A DNA stretch of 64,000 nucleotides from Paraspadella gotoi (lineage: Eukaryota; Animalia; Chaetognatha): NCBI GenBank assembly GCA_051294375.1, contig CM119264.1, positions 22,903,826 to 22,967,825 of the forward strand, written 5' to 3'. Numbering within the stretch: the stretch's first letter is position 1; each line of letters starts with the position of its first letter. Positions 1-17,300 of this stretch are shown in pieces. Both the position numbers and the translations under genes were made by a program. The notes beneath the pieces are model-generated. The model ran no database searches and was not told the DNA's origin. It saw nothing but the letters and a program-made list of their open reading frames with translations.

Positions 1-1
1 A

Positions 2-3793
<3,792 letters not shown>

Positions 3794-4307
3794 AAATAAT
3801 TTTTTCGCGCGGGCGATTTCGAAGTGAATCTTGGGCGAAAAAAAAAAAGATTGTTTACAACCGAAGGTTAATTTGGAAAAGTAAGAGACGATAAGCGATA
3901 TCATTTCGATATATTTAAATGACTATTGGAACCGCTGATGATGACATTAAACTCCGTCATTCAAACAGAGTACGTTATTGCGTGGGTGTAAATTATTGTT
4001 TATTATTGGGCTTGTTTGAAAATTGTCTACCACTTTTGACTTATTTTTTTTTTCACGCTGTTACGTTTAACTTTAAGCTTGGCTCCGTTTCATTGTCGCT
4101 TATACTGAGGGTTTTTCTTTTTTTTTATGTCCCCGTAGCTTGGGGCTTGCAGTGGTCAAGAAAATACAGCATTCGTCTTAAATACTTTATTTTTTCATTG
4201 ATTCAATTTAGTTAGATTTATGAACCGAATTTACACTCCGCAGATAAGAAAAACAAGAGTTAATGAAATTGAATACTAATAAAAATGTTTTTAGGTCTCG
4301 TAAAGCT

Positions 4308-4983
4308 TTTACCTGATATAAAAATTAAAATACGATATCAACTTCACAGGAAAACTGAGAAGGCAAACTTACCCTCGATCTTCGTCGATCGAACGTATTG
4401 GTTCGCGGCGATCGCTTCCTCTTGGCCGGCGCTCGACGCCGATTGGCCGGCGCCCAACGACGATTGGCCGGCGCAACGCCTCTTCGTGGGAGGACGACGA
4501 AGACGTTCGAACGGGACTGAATTCGTCTTCGATCTCCAGTAAAGAGTAGCGCTGGTGGTACTAAACAAAAGGACAATGAGGGATACTAAAGAAACTAGTG
4601 ACAATAAACAAATTACGAAAAATATGTATTATTGGGGCTGATGTTTAAAAAAATTGAAGGACTTGTAAAAGAGACAAATTAAATAGAAATGTCTTTAAAT
4701 TTACCGATGGCGAAGAGAACATATAGAAATAAAGAAAGACAATGATTCTGACTGATGGTAAAGAAAACAAAGGACAAAGAATGAGGTCAATGAGCCAGTT
4801 TGAATGTTTGACTCGACCCCTTTCCTCTTCCTCTATTACATCCCCGCACCTGTCTAGATCTGTTGGGCAAATCGTTGACGGTGAGATTGAGGTTGGCGAT
4901 CTCCGAGTTGAGATCCTCCATGTCGTCCTTCAGCGCCACCAACTCCGTCTCGAACTCTTCAATCTTCTCGTCGACGCTGTGGC
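4308..4983 (-). CDS. Orphan 3' exons of an unknown coiled-coil protein (exons 4983-4850 and 4560-4373, stop ~4308)
   Basis: Acceptor TTCCAG, then HSVDEKIEEFETELVALKDDMEDLNSEIANLNLTVNDL (heptad-like), donor GTGCGG. The next exon is in matching phase 0 (YHQRYSLLEIEDEFSP...) with a GTAAG donor. No upstream exon was identified. Confidence 0.5.
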
Positions 4984-4987
4984 CTGG

Positions 4988-5131
4988 AATGTCAAGTGAT
5001 TGGACATATTGACGATTATTAGACATAATAAAATCAATGTCAAGTGATTGGACATATTGACGATTATTAGACATAATAAAATCAATGTCAAGTGATTGGA
5101 CATATTGACGATTATTAGACATAATAAAATC
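4988..5131. repeat. 48-bp tandem repeat x3
   Basis: AATGTCAAGTGATTGGACATATTGACGATTATTAGACATAATAAAATC occurs three times exactly. Confidence 0.95.
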
Positions 5132-5531
5132 CCTGAAAACGTTGAAAGATAGAATTATTTTGGATTGAAGGTCAAAAGGGCAGAATCCGGTCGAAAATAG
5201 TAAGAAAAACTTGTCAAAAATGCTGGTATGTTGTAAAGATTTTTCTTTCTAGTACTGACAATATGACTTTGTACCAATTTCATTGTAGTTAAGAAGAAAG
5301 TAACAAGATACACAACGTTAAATAAATTTCTATTTGAAAACAAGTGAACAAAATATACAAATATGATTATTAAAAATATACAACGTTCCAAGTATAGGTA
5401 CAACGTATTTTGAGTAATCCTGTAACCTATGGTTTTAGATTTGCGGTAAAAAAGTTCTCCGCTTCTGATGAATTCATTCATCGCCTCTGATGAATGTATT
5501 CATCGCCTCTGAATGCCCTCAGGGATGTGTC

Positions 5532-6430
5532 TCAATGACAGTGTTCGTCCAAGTCCACAGTAGATGAAGATCTTTTCGCAGCGAAGAGAAAATAACCGAC
5601 GACGAATCCCAGACAAACTGAGATGCACAACCAGGCGTTGTAGGTCATGAAGATCAGCATCAACATGTAGGAGAGGGGCATCTGTGTGGGCAAAGAGTGC
5701 AGGAAAACAGGGCAGAAAGATCAGCATCTCCATACGTAGAGACATATACGTAGAGGATGGGAATATGTGAGAAAAATTGGCATAAAGCCCAGAAAGAATT
5801 TGTAAGACGTCTAAAGTGAGATTTCAAATCTCATCATTAGCATACCTTATTCACTTTGATCAGAAAAAATAAAAAAATAAAAAATTAGCTAATAACAGAA
5901 GAAAAAAAAAGGCTAACGACAACAACAAACACCTGGACTGCGTGAAGCCCGTCTGCACCGAATTCCAACCGCTGCCCCAAGCGCACTTGTTCTTTCTTGC
6001 GGGCACGCCCTTCGTCCTGTACAGCCTTTCTCTCACGCTGTTGAGGGCCTTCATAAAGACGGCGAGGACAAAGACGATTACGCCAGGAAAGGACGAAGGT
6101 GCCCGTCGTGGACGGTCCCGCCAAAAGTCGAAGAGGAGACCTGATTCGTGTGGAGGGTTTGGCTAAGTCTTTCTCAGAAGTTTCTGCATTATGTTTGATG
6201 CTGCAAAATTAAGAATAGGCGATCTGATCGTGATTGGTGTGTTACCTATTGATATGTGACCGAACTCATCACTCGTCTATTCCAAGGTGAAAAAAGCATG
6301 CTATGTACCCTCCGTTTTCATGGGAACCGTGAATCGGCGTGACCGTTTGTTCCGCTGACCGCCGTGTTCGCGTGACCCGAATGATTAGTCATATTGCCGT
6401 GCCATGGTCATTTCCGCCATTATGCGTCAT
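5532..6430 (-). CDS. CTR1: High-affinity copper transporter CTR1 (SLC31) homolog, ~4 exons; the 5' exon contains apparent frameshifts
   Basis: Last exon (5681-5532) reads MPLSYMLMLIFMTYNAWLCISVCLGFVVGYFLFAAKRSSSTVDLDEHCH*, with the MxxxM pore motif, GxxxG and C-terminal HCH. Exon ~6140-5933 reads LLFDFW...GVIVFVLAVFMKALNSVRERL (TM1). The His-rich N-terminus MTHNGGNDH..HGNMTNHSGH..HGSHE..FFHLG needs frame changes. Confidence 0.9.
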
Positions 6431-6881
6431 ACATGAAATGAAAAAACAAGTTCGCCCGGACTGCGTCAAAGATTTGGACGAGAAGATGATGAACGAAAAC
6501 CATGGAAAATTCTCGTTAGGAATTGGGGCTTGAACTTAAATTAAAGTTTAACGGAAAATAGTAGAAACAAAAGTAAGTCGAGCAAAAAAGTCTATAATAG
6601 GGATTAGCAGTATTCGACGAAATTTTATTTCTTTATCGGCTGAAAAATAATAGGGAAATTTGAATACAAAAAACACAGGCTTTTTGAAATATTTCTGTTT
6701 TTTGGAAAAATACTGAATAGATAAAATTATTTTTTGAATATAGGTAGCGTAAGTATATAACTCTAACTAAAAAACGGAAAAAGAAATCATTTCAATAAGA
6801 ATAAATATTGAAATATTTACAGAAAGCAATATTTCTTTTTATTTACGCAAAAACTAGCTTTCCTCGCAAACATCTGGTTAT

Positions 6882-9800
6882 AGGAGATTCAAATGTTTTT
6901 ACTCTCAAGGTATTGTATCATTTGATAATTCCAAAAATGATGCGAAAAAATGCCGCCAGCAAGCAGTTTGGCGATAGTCATTTTATATATATGTTTCCTA
7001 CTGTAATATTAAGGCCTATGAATCATAATATGTATGAAACTGAATAATATATTTATTATGATCTTAAAGTTTATCTTTGCCTTTTTTCTGCCTTACAACA
7101 TCCTCATTTGCTATATACATATTCCTGTAATCTAGTATATAGGTATTAGTCTTTATTATAGTCATTATTTTTCAAAAATTTCAAACATAAAACCTAAAGA
7201 CTCATTATTGATCCACAATTTCTGATTTACTTTTACTAAAATTTGTGTCCACTGGGTTTATTGTAATATCATTTGTTTCTTTTTATCTATGATCTTTGAG
7301 ATTTATTTTTCGGTATTCGCTTTTTTTTACTTGTGATTTAAAGGGGACAGAAGTGAACAGGGGGGGTAAAAAAAGCTAAAACATAACGTTGATCCCTTAA
7401 CTTAAGCTGGTTCTGATCATATAATTTTTTTTCTATAATGCATTTGAATTATGTTTAAAATCGATAAAATCAGCGACTTTATCTTAAACCAAATCGATTA
7501 AGTAAGAAAATCTTTTGTCCAAGATCTTAGAAATTTTTTTTCAAAAGGTAAAGAAACTATTTTAAAAGATTTTCAGCTATTTAATTCACAAAAATTTATA
7601 AAAAAAAAAACTAGAATAATCAATCATTAATGTAATCGACTGAATTATTTAAACATTTCTTTTTCAATGATTCTGTATTGGATGAAAATAAAACTCTTTG
7701 AAGTATTATAGTATATAAAAAGAAGAAAAAGATTTGTACTTGTGCTAAATTTTAATTGTTATAATTAGAATCAAATTATATTAATTATACATTAAGGGTA
7801 TGAATATGAATATTAATTAATAATTTAATTACAGTTTTGTTCTGTAAGATAGAATTTAGGTTTGATTTGTTGCTTTAAGTAAATATAAAAAATAAAAATA
7901 TTAGTCTTGTAAAGCCTTGTTAATGAGCCTTAACTAAAATTAGTAGCTTGTACAGTAAAAAATAAAAAAAATTAGAATTTAGTAAAAAATTACTTTCTAT
8001 GCAAAAATAAAAATAATATAATTACTATAAATATTTAGGTAGTCCAACTAAATTTTTTTTCATAATTATTTAAATTTTTGTTATCCGCTACAATAAATGA
8101 TAGAATTTTTTGCCACTCTTCCGTGCAAAGAAAAATTAATGACTATCACCAATTCAAATTCCTTTGATGATATGACCTTAAGCTTTATGATATATTTTTA
8201 TTTCTAATGGTCTTAAAGAATTGAAGACCGAAAAAATTAATCGACTTTTGAATCGGAGATTGTATAAAAAATAATAAGAGAAAGAAAAGAATGGAAAGGC
8301 AAAGAGAATGAGGTCGGGAACTAAAGTGGCTCCAGTTTTACGTCAATTTACGCCATTTTACGCTCAAAAGCATCTTAACTTAAATAGTTTTAATTTGGAA
8401 AATGAAAAAAAGTTTTTTATGCCACAAAATTAAATGCAACTATTAATATGGTTTTCATGTTCAGTGTTCCATTTTACGCCATTCTACCGCCAACACTTCT
8501 GCTCTCTACAAAAAAGGCCGAAAAATATATTAAGCAACTTACATCAATGTATGTTTTTACTAAAAAAATTAAACAAAAAGTCTTTACGCCACAGAAGTTA
8601 AATAATATTTATATGCTTTTTTTGTTCATTTTAACGCCATCTCACGCCAACAATCTGTATAAAAAACCAGATAAATCTTTAAAACAGCACTTAACCACGA
8701 GATAGCCGTTTACTTATAAAAATAGACAATCAGTAAACGTCTCTCTTTGACGCCCAAACGATCATGATACTCAAATCCAAATCATGGTTCTCAATCTTCC
8801 ATTTCACCGCCATTTTACTTCGCCCAACAATTCTTTCCAGAATTTAAATATAAAACATTACAAATTATTTAACTTTATATATTTTAACATTAGTTTTTGG
8901 AAAAAATATTAATAGCCGCATATGTTAATTAGGAAATAATACGTTTTATGGCGATTTACGCCACCTCAGCGTCCCAACAACACATTATAAAATAAAAAAG
9001 AAATCACCATCTGAATACCAATATACATTGTATCTCTAATTAGAGTAAAAGCGTTTTCAATAAATGTTGTGAATATCCTTGACATCATTAAGGAGGCCAG
9101 ATACGTTACTCCTAAATTGAACGTAAATTCAGTTGGCCGTAAATCAAATATTTTAAAGGTACAAACTTTGGATTTAACGATTAAATAATTCGTAGGCTTA
9201 ATATAAATTTTAAATACATTCGAATGAAAAAATTCAGTATTTTTTAAAAGTTCTTTTGCTCCAGAATACACCTACTACTAGTACAATCTCATGAGAAGAT
9301 CTGTTTTTAAAAAAATATTTTCGATATAAATTTTTGTTATCTTATTCGAAGGAGACTTTATTTGCCGATACAAACCGGTTTTAAAAAATTGTGGAACAGG
9401 CAATGACACTAACTATAAACGAAGCAAAGAAATAATAAAATGAACGGTCATGCTTCGAATTAGAATATTTTTACTCATACAATGTCCCCCCAAAAAAGGA
9501 CAGGAAATAGAGATTTTAATGCTGTAGTGGAGATCTTGATTATTATTATTAGTAAAAAATCAATGTTGAAACTCGGACGATTGTATTTAAAGTNNNNNNN
9601 NNNNNNNNNNNNNNNNNNGTTTTTATAGGAGATGCAAATGTATTTACTCCAAGGTATTTATCATCTATAATTCCAAAAATGATGCGCAAAATGATCGCAG
9701 CAGCCAGCTTCTTGGCGATAGTCATTTTATCTATAGTTTCCTTACTGTAATTAAGGCCATATGAATCAATCAATATGGTATGAATGATATATATATTTTA

Positions 9801-12280
9801 TCATGATCTTTAAGATTTATCCTATGCCTTTTTTCTGCTTACACGCATTCCTCATTTGCTTAATCATACATGATTCCTGTAATTAGCCTATCATGCGCGT
9901 ATTATTCTTTATTATAGTCTTTATTTTTAACAAATTTCACAAACATAAACCGTAAAGGACTCATTTATTGATCCATCAATTTCTGATACTTTTTACGTAA
10001 AATTGGAATCCACTGGGTATGTGTAATTATCTTTTGTTCTTGCTATCTATGACTTTGAGATTTTATTTTCGGTATTCGTTTTTTCTTTTTTGATTTTTTA
10101 AGGGGACCAAGTGAACGGCGGGGGAAAAAGCTGAAAACTATAACGTTTTGACCCTTTAACTAAGCTGGTTCTGATCATATAATTTTTTTTTCTTATTAAT
10201 CATTTCGGAAAGAGTATGTTAAAAAATTCGATAAAATCGCGAGCCTTAATTTTCTCTTAAAAATCGATAAGATAGAAAATTCTTTTGTCAAGTTTTAAAA
10301 TTTTTTTTTCCAAAAAAAGGTAAGATCTAAATTTTAAAAAGATTTCAGCTTTTTATCACAAAAATTTTAATAAAAAAAAAAACTAGGCAATGAATCAAAA
10401 TTTAATGTATCGACTGATTTTAGTTTAAACTTTCTTTTCAAATGATTCTGTTAATTGGATGAAAATAAAACTCTTTGAAGCTAATATAAATATAAAAAGA
10501 AGAAAAAAGATCTGTTACTTTTTTGCTAAATTTTTTAATTGTATAATTAGCGAATCAATATAGTTTTAATTATACATTTAAGGCATGAATATGATATAAT
10601 TAATAATTATTACAGTTTAGTTTTCGTAAGATAGAATTTAGGTTTGATTTGTCTTGCTTTTAAGTTAAATATAAAAATAAAAAAATATTAGTCTTGTAAA
10701 GCCTTTGTTCAATGAGGCTTAAACCTAAAATTTATAGCTTTGTACAGTAAAAATAAAAAATTAGAATTAGTAAAAATACTTTCTAATGCAAAAATTTAAA
10801 AATAATATATTATTATAAATATTTTAGGTAGGGTCAACTAAATTTTTTTTTCATAATTATTAAATTTTTGTTTCCGCTACAATAAGAGATAGGAATTTTT
10901 TTGCCACTTTCCCGTCTGCAAAGAAAAATTAAGGACTATCACGCATTCAAATTCTTTTGATGATAGACCCTGAAGCTTTATGATATCATACACTGGCTGG
11001 CGTCCCCTAACAGAATTGAAACCGAAAAATAATCGACTATGAATCGGGGATTGTTATAAATAATAAAATGAGAAAAGAAAAGGAAGGAAAGGGAAAGAGA
11101 TGAGGGATAAAGTGGCTCAGTTTTACGTCAAATTTACGCCTATTCTACGCCAAAGATCTTAGATAATAAGTTTTATTTGGAAAATGAAAAAAAAAGTTTT
11201 TATGCCACCAAAATTAAATGATATTAATATGGTTGTTCTGTTCAGTGTTCATTTTACGCCATTCTACGGGCCCAAACCTGCCTAAAAAAGCCGGAAAAAT
11301 AATTTAAAGAACTTGAATCAAGTAGTTTTACTAAAAAAATATAACAAAAAAGTCTGTTACGCCACAGAAGTAAATAATATTTATATGCTTTTTTTGTTCA
11401 TTTTACGCCCATTTCTACGCACATCTGTATAAAAAAGAGGCCAGATTAAATCTTTAAAACCACTTAACGAATAGCTTTTACTAGAAAAACATATCAGAAA
11501 GTCCTTTACGCCACTCATTGATATCAATTTAAACGTTTTACTTCCATTTCACGCCATTTTTACGCCACAATTCTTTTCCCAATTTTAAATATAAAAACAT
11601 TTACCAATTATTTTAACTTTATATTATTTTAACATTTTTTGCGAAAAAATCATTTAATGCCGCATTGTTAATTAGGAAAATAAATACGTTTTGGCGTAGT
11701 TTTTACGCCACCAGCGCCCAACAAACACATAAAAAAAAAGAAATCACATCTGATCAATACTACAATGTATTCTTAATTAGAGAAAAGCTTTTCAAAAATG
11801 TTGGTTTTTGAATATCCTTGACATCAGTAAGGCAGGCAGAAACGTTACTCCAAATTGACGTAAATCAGTTTGGCGTAAATCAAATATTTAAAGGTCAAAA
11901 CTTGGATTTAAACGCATTAAAGTACACGTTCGTTAGGCTTAATATAAAATTTTAAACCAGTCGAATGCAAGAAAATTAGTATTTTTAAAGTTTTTTGTGC
12001 AATACCCTATCCTATAGTACCAATGCTCATGGAAGACTGTTTTTAAAAAAAATATTTTCGATTGATGAATTTTTCTTACTTATTCGAAGGAGACTTTATT
12101 TGCGATTCAAACCGAGTTATAAAAAAAATGTGGAAACGAGGGGCAAGACCACTAACTATAAAAAGAAGCAAAGAAATAGAATAAAATTGAACGGTCTTGC
12201 CTACACGAATTAGCAATATTTTACTAATACCAATGTCCCCCCAAAAAAGGACCGTGGGAAAATAGAGATTTTAATCCTGT
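6882..12280. repeat. ~2.7-kb AT-rich direct duplication (6882-9527 vs 9627-12280) either side of a 25-N gap
   Basis: Collinear matches throughout (e.g. GGAGAT.CAAATGT.TTTACTC, GCTGGTTCTGATCATATAA, CAATGTCCCCCCAAAAAAGGAC). The copies differ mainly by 1-nt indels. Confidence 0.9.
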
Positions 12281-13215
12281 TATAGCTGCACTTTAATTCT
12301 GAATGACTTTTTAAACTTTGACTCTATCTTTCCATGACTATAAGGAAAGGCGGTCGTTCTTTCATTTGAATAAGCAGTTAAGTATAATAGAAGAAGGAAA
12401 GCGCTCTAAAGAGTCGTCGATCGCGGGACCGACATAAAACTGATCGAGGACTCGACTTGTCGCACGAAAAGCTTTTGAAAAAATCAATGTTTGAACTCGG
12501 ACGATTGTATTTAAAGTAGATACTAGATAGTTTATTTTTTTAAGTTACATATTTTTACAGGTCTCGCGTTTTTGCTGAGTAGATCGACTTTGTTTTTTCT
12601 ATTCAATTTATTTCCAGAAAGATAAACAAAGAGAGTAAATTAAAACTAATCGATTAATCAATTAATTAATATTGAAACTAAGATACATCCTTTAACTATC
12701 ATATCGATGTCTGCCTTATCAAACCGTGGCAAATCGAAGGTTGCATTTTGCACTCTTCACAAACTGTAAGCATAAATTCGTCAGTGAATTGAGGGTAATG
12801 ACGTTTATGAAGTAATCGAAGACGTGTGATAAAAAACTCTGGGATTGTGAGAAGGAGAAAGTCAGGATGATGGGGATTTCGGTGGGGTGTCACGATTGTG
12901 AGAGACCGATGGGAAGATGGAGTTGATTCCTCAATGGGTGAACTCACGGGGTGGATTTGTTAGTGTGTGAGGAAGTGAGGAAGTGGTCGCCGTCCGCCAT
13001 CCACCGACTCACGATCTCACGATCTCACGAAAATCGAAGCTGAAAGACGATGCGACCTCGGNNNNNNNNNNNNNNNNNNNNNNNNNTCCTCGTCGCTGTC
13101 GTCGTCGTCGTTGTATGTCTGTAGTGTGTGAGCCCTTTTCATCTTCATTTGACGTTCAATATTAATAATATATGGTTTTCACCGGGTGCACGCAACGCTA
13201 GATTGCCGAAACGGA

Positions 13216-13227
13216 TTTCGCGCGAAA
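13216..13227. promoter_or_regulatory. Palindromic double E2F-type site TTTCGCGCGAAA
   Basis: Matches TTTSSCGC on both strands within a CpG-rich patch; function untested. Confidence 0.3.
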
Positions 13228-14333
13228 ATAACGAAACGTGAGAGAAGAGGCGTCGGACGATGGAGAGAGAGAGGAGAGATAATGAGAGAACGATAGAAAG
13301 AGGAAGGAGGAGAGAGAGAGAGAGAGAAGACACGAGCAAGAGAGAGAGAGAGAGACAGAGAAGAGAGAGATAGAAAAACGGACAAAACGCTTTAACCTTT
13401 ATTTATCGTTGACGAATGACCAGCGACTTCAGATTCATTAACATTTTAGTTGTAATTTGAACCTGAAAAGGTTCACAAGCTCAAAATCTTTTTGCTTTAC
13501 AACATGTATTTTGCCAACAACTATTGAGCTAGTTACGTAGATTACACAATTTCTTAGCAGTGCGATTACTCGTCGACAATAAACGATACGCTTTATAGGA
13601 CAATTCGAAATCAAATATCTGATGTGATCAAATATTAATATCATAGTGATTGTGTAATTTTTGTAGACCTTAACTTTTTACTGTATTTTAAAGATGCCAC
13701 CACATTTGCAAAACCCACCGCTAAAAAATGTTTCACCCAAAGCTAACTAGATCATCGTCGACATAAAAATATATTTTCGTAATCCGCCGCCTTGCTCTGA
13801 CTAAAGACTCGATTTTTCATTTCCTTTCACAGATTTTTTCTCATGTCCGATATTTTTTTATATTGGATTTGCTGTATTAAAAAGAGCAATACTCTCTGTT
13901 AAATGAAACATAATTATATAAAAAACAAACACAAAAAAACCTAGCTATGTATTCGATAGTCGCCGATCCGGTACCCTCTGGGATTTGGTACGCCGATTTA
14001 CGAGGAAGAAAACTCAAAGCGGTCAAATTGTAGTGGATCGAATGCGAGCACATTCTTTCGAAGTTGGAATGAAACTCTACACATGCAAGGTCAACACAGT
14101 ATAACAAAATAGGTTTATTATAGAAGGAGATAACTTTAGGAAGTCAAATAAAAGATGAAATAAAATAAACATTTAAAAAGCTTAGAAATTGATTTTTAAA
14201 TACGATTACCTCTCTACAAGGAACAATTTTGGAATTTTCCGCCAGCTGATTGTTTGACCGGCAAGACAACTACAATTATCAACAAACGACCACTCTCGCT
14301 CCTTCAACATCTATTTATAATATTGTTTAACAG

Positions 14334-17300
14334 ATGAAATTCTTAAAACTAACTTGCTGGACGACCCGAACACGCGGGTATCGACTACGACTTCGTCGGA
14401 AAAGGATGAGGTTTGCCGTCCATCGCGTAAGCGCCTCCTCCTTTCACTTACGACCTTTTTTTCACTCTTCTGAGTTGTGACTCTCTCATTTCTTTCTCCA
14501 GAGATCAAACGAGCGCCGCTGGCGACCGAAAAGACCAAACGCATTCTACTCGCCGTTTACGACGCAGTAAATCACAGGACGATACGCCGAGAGGTCACGG
14601 GGCGAGGAAGTATTGTCAAGGTGAGGTTTTAGAATATAATTAGAAGATGGAGTTGAAAATGAGAGATGGGTGAAGATGAAAGGAGGGTTAGGAGTTAAGA
14701 AAGTACTCAGAGAAGAAAGATGAGAGTACATAATAGGGGTCTGTTTTAGTGTTATGTAACTCTCAAAAACAAACAATGACGTAGAAAAAAAAAGCAAATA
14801 CCAGAGCATCCGCCGCATCATTTCAACAAGATTCAAATTTCGTACGCGTAGACAGCATGAACTTTCTGACCACCCTGGTCTCCAGTCTTTCGTCTACCAT
14901 TCTTTTCTTTATATGCAACGCTTCCATACGCACTTAGTCTATCTGGCCCTACATTCCATTTGCCTTCCTCGACCTCAGAAGTCAAAGCAAGTACTCGAAT
15001 GCTCTCCTCCGACGTCTACTCTATTACTCTAGTCTCAATCGATCAAAATAATCCAAGGATCTCTCTCTCTTCTTTCTTTTCTCCTTTAAATGGCTTTCTT
15101 GCGAAACCCACCAAGGAGAGCTTTCGTCTCTCGTATTGTCTTCTTCCGACTTCTCAATCTTACTCTCTCAATCAAAATCTTCTACATGCCCCCGTTAAAC
15201 TGCCGTTCATTCCGACTCTCTCTCAGATTTCCTCAGCCTTTTCCCATCAATGCCGTGGTAAATCAAAAATCTATAAACACCCAGGTACAGCTTCTTCCGT
15301 AATTCTTTGCGTAATTTGAGACAAAACAAAAAAACATAGTAGAGAAAATACTCGCCTCGAGTAGTTTCTTTTTCTTTCGGTACTGGAATTCTTTAAACTA
15401 TACGGACGCGAAGCGTAGAGTTGTCCTTTTTCCAGGGACTCAATATATAATTTTAGTAATTGTTTAGCGTGTGCCAATGAGCTGATATCTTAACATAACC
15501 AATAGTCTCAAACGTTGGTCTATTGCCCATTGGCTAAAAATTTAATATCGACTGACCAATTCTAAACCACTTAAAAAATAGCTGCCCAAAATAAATTTTT
15601 AAACCGGGGAGTGCATTAAGCTTTGGTTCATTTTTATAATGTAGCTACATTGTTTTAAAATTTTATATCATATAAATACTCTATTAAAGGGTTTGGAAGA
15701 TGTTGTCAGTAACTTATAGAGAGATATAAAATCAGAACTTTGAAACGTTTATTAGTGCTATATAGTGGAAATTTACTTTTTCCCGATGATGTCAGTGTTC
15801 TTTATAAATCATTCAAAACTCTATCTCATTTATCTCTTAGGGGATATTTATGCTTGTATATGTTGATTTTTCCTTTCTATTAGTGCTTATATGGCCTTCG
15901 CCCGTGTAGCTCTACAACATATATGAGTTTCGGTCATCTCAAAAAAAATTTGTCACAGGTCAAAATTTTAATAACAAATTCAAATTGTCATTTATTACCT
16001 AAAATATGCAAGAGAACGGGCATTGATTTTTTAACCATAAAATAGCCAAAGCCATAACTTTAATCTGCTGGTGGGTCTTCAAAAATTTAAATTAAAATAA
16101 GCATAATCTCATTTGCATATTTAAAGATTTTTCTACTTACTAAATTTCTCTTCCTAGGTAAGTATTTTTTTATTGTTATATAGTGAATTCTCTTTCTTAA
16201 TTCAATGTTTTTACATAAGCTTGGATAATCTTAGTAACTTCAAGCCTTTACATTTTGGCCAAATGTTCTTAACCTTTTATTTTTCAAATTTCATATTATT
16301 TTTCAGATATTACTTTAAAAAAATATTTATTAATACTTTATCATATTTCAAAGTTTTTTTTATGATATAAAAAAGAGAGATTTAAAGGACAAGGATTCTA
16401 AATATATAAATTTTTTGTAAATTAGGATCATCCTGTTCCGTCCCATCGGTAAGTGCCTCCTCCTTTTCACTTACGACTTTTTCAACTCTTCTGAGTTGTG
16501 ACTCTCATTCTTCTCCAGAGATCAAACGAGCGCCGCTGGGANNNNNNNNNNNNNNNNNNNNNNNNNNNNNNNNNNNNNNNNNNNNNNNNNNNNNNNNNNN
16601 NNNNNNNNNNNNNNNNNNNNNNNNNNNNNNNNNNNNNNNNNNNNNNNNNNNNNNNNNNNNNNNNNNNNNNNNNNNNNNNNNNNNNNNNNNNNNNNNNNNN
16701 NNNNNNNNNNNNNNNNNNNNNNNNNNNNNNNNNNNNNNNNNNNNNNNNNNNNNNNNNNNNNNNNNNNNNNNNNNNNNNNNNNNNNNNNNNNNNNNNNNNN
16801 NNNNNNNNNNNNNNNNNNNNNNNNNNNNCGTGGGCAGAGTATGTCAAGGTGAGGTTTAGAATATAATTTGAAGATGGAGTTGAAAATGAGGGGAAGATGA
16901 AAGGGTTGGGGTGAGAAATCTTGAGGAGGATATTAGGATATGTAACCAAAAAAAAAAAAGAGAGAGAAAAAAAAGAAAAAAACAACAACAAAGATTCAAA
17001 TTTAAAACAAACTTCGCGATTTTGACATTTTTTAGAAGCAACGACTAGTTATGCCATCATTGCCTTCCGACAGAACAAAGCCAAGTACGAAGCGACGACT
17101 AAAGTCTCAAGATCAAAATATCCAAGGATCGGGAACACAAAGACTTCGATCGATTCTTCTTCCTTCTCTCTATCAATCAAAACTTCTTCCGTTACTCCAT
17201 CCACTCAAGTCACTTTCCCCAAATGCCTTTCATCTTCCCCGACAGCTTCTTCGTTTTTTAATGCAACAAAAAGTAAGAATCGCATTAGTTTTTTTTTTTC

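Noticed and set aside
4988-5131. Possible CRISPR-like array
   Set aside because: Units are contiguous and identical with no unique spacers; eukaryotic context with no cas genes.
6882-12280. Real tandem segmental duplication or LTR pair
   Set aside because: Copies differ by scattered 1-nt indels and abut a 25-N gap; no internal coding domain, TG..CA termini or TSD seen.
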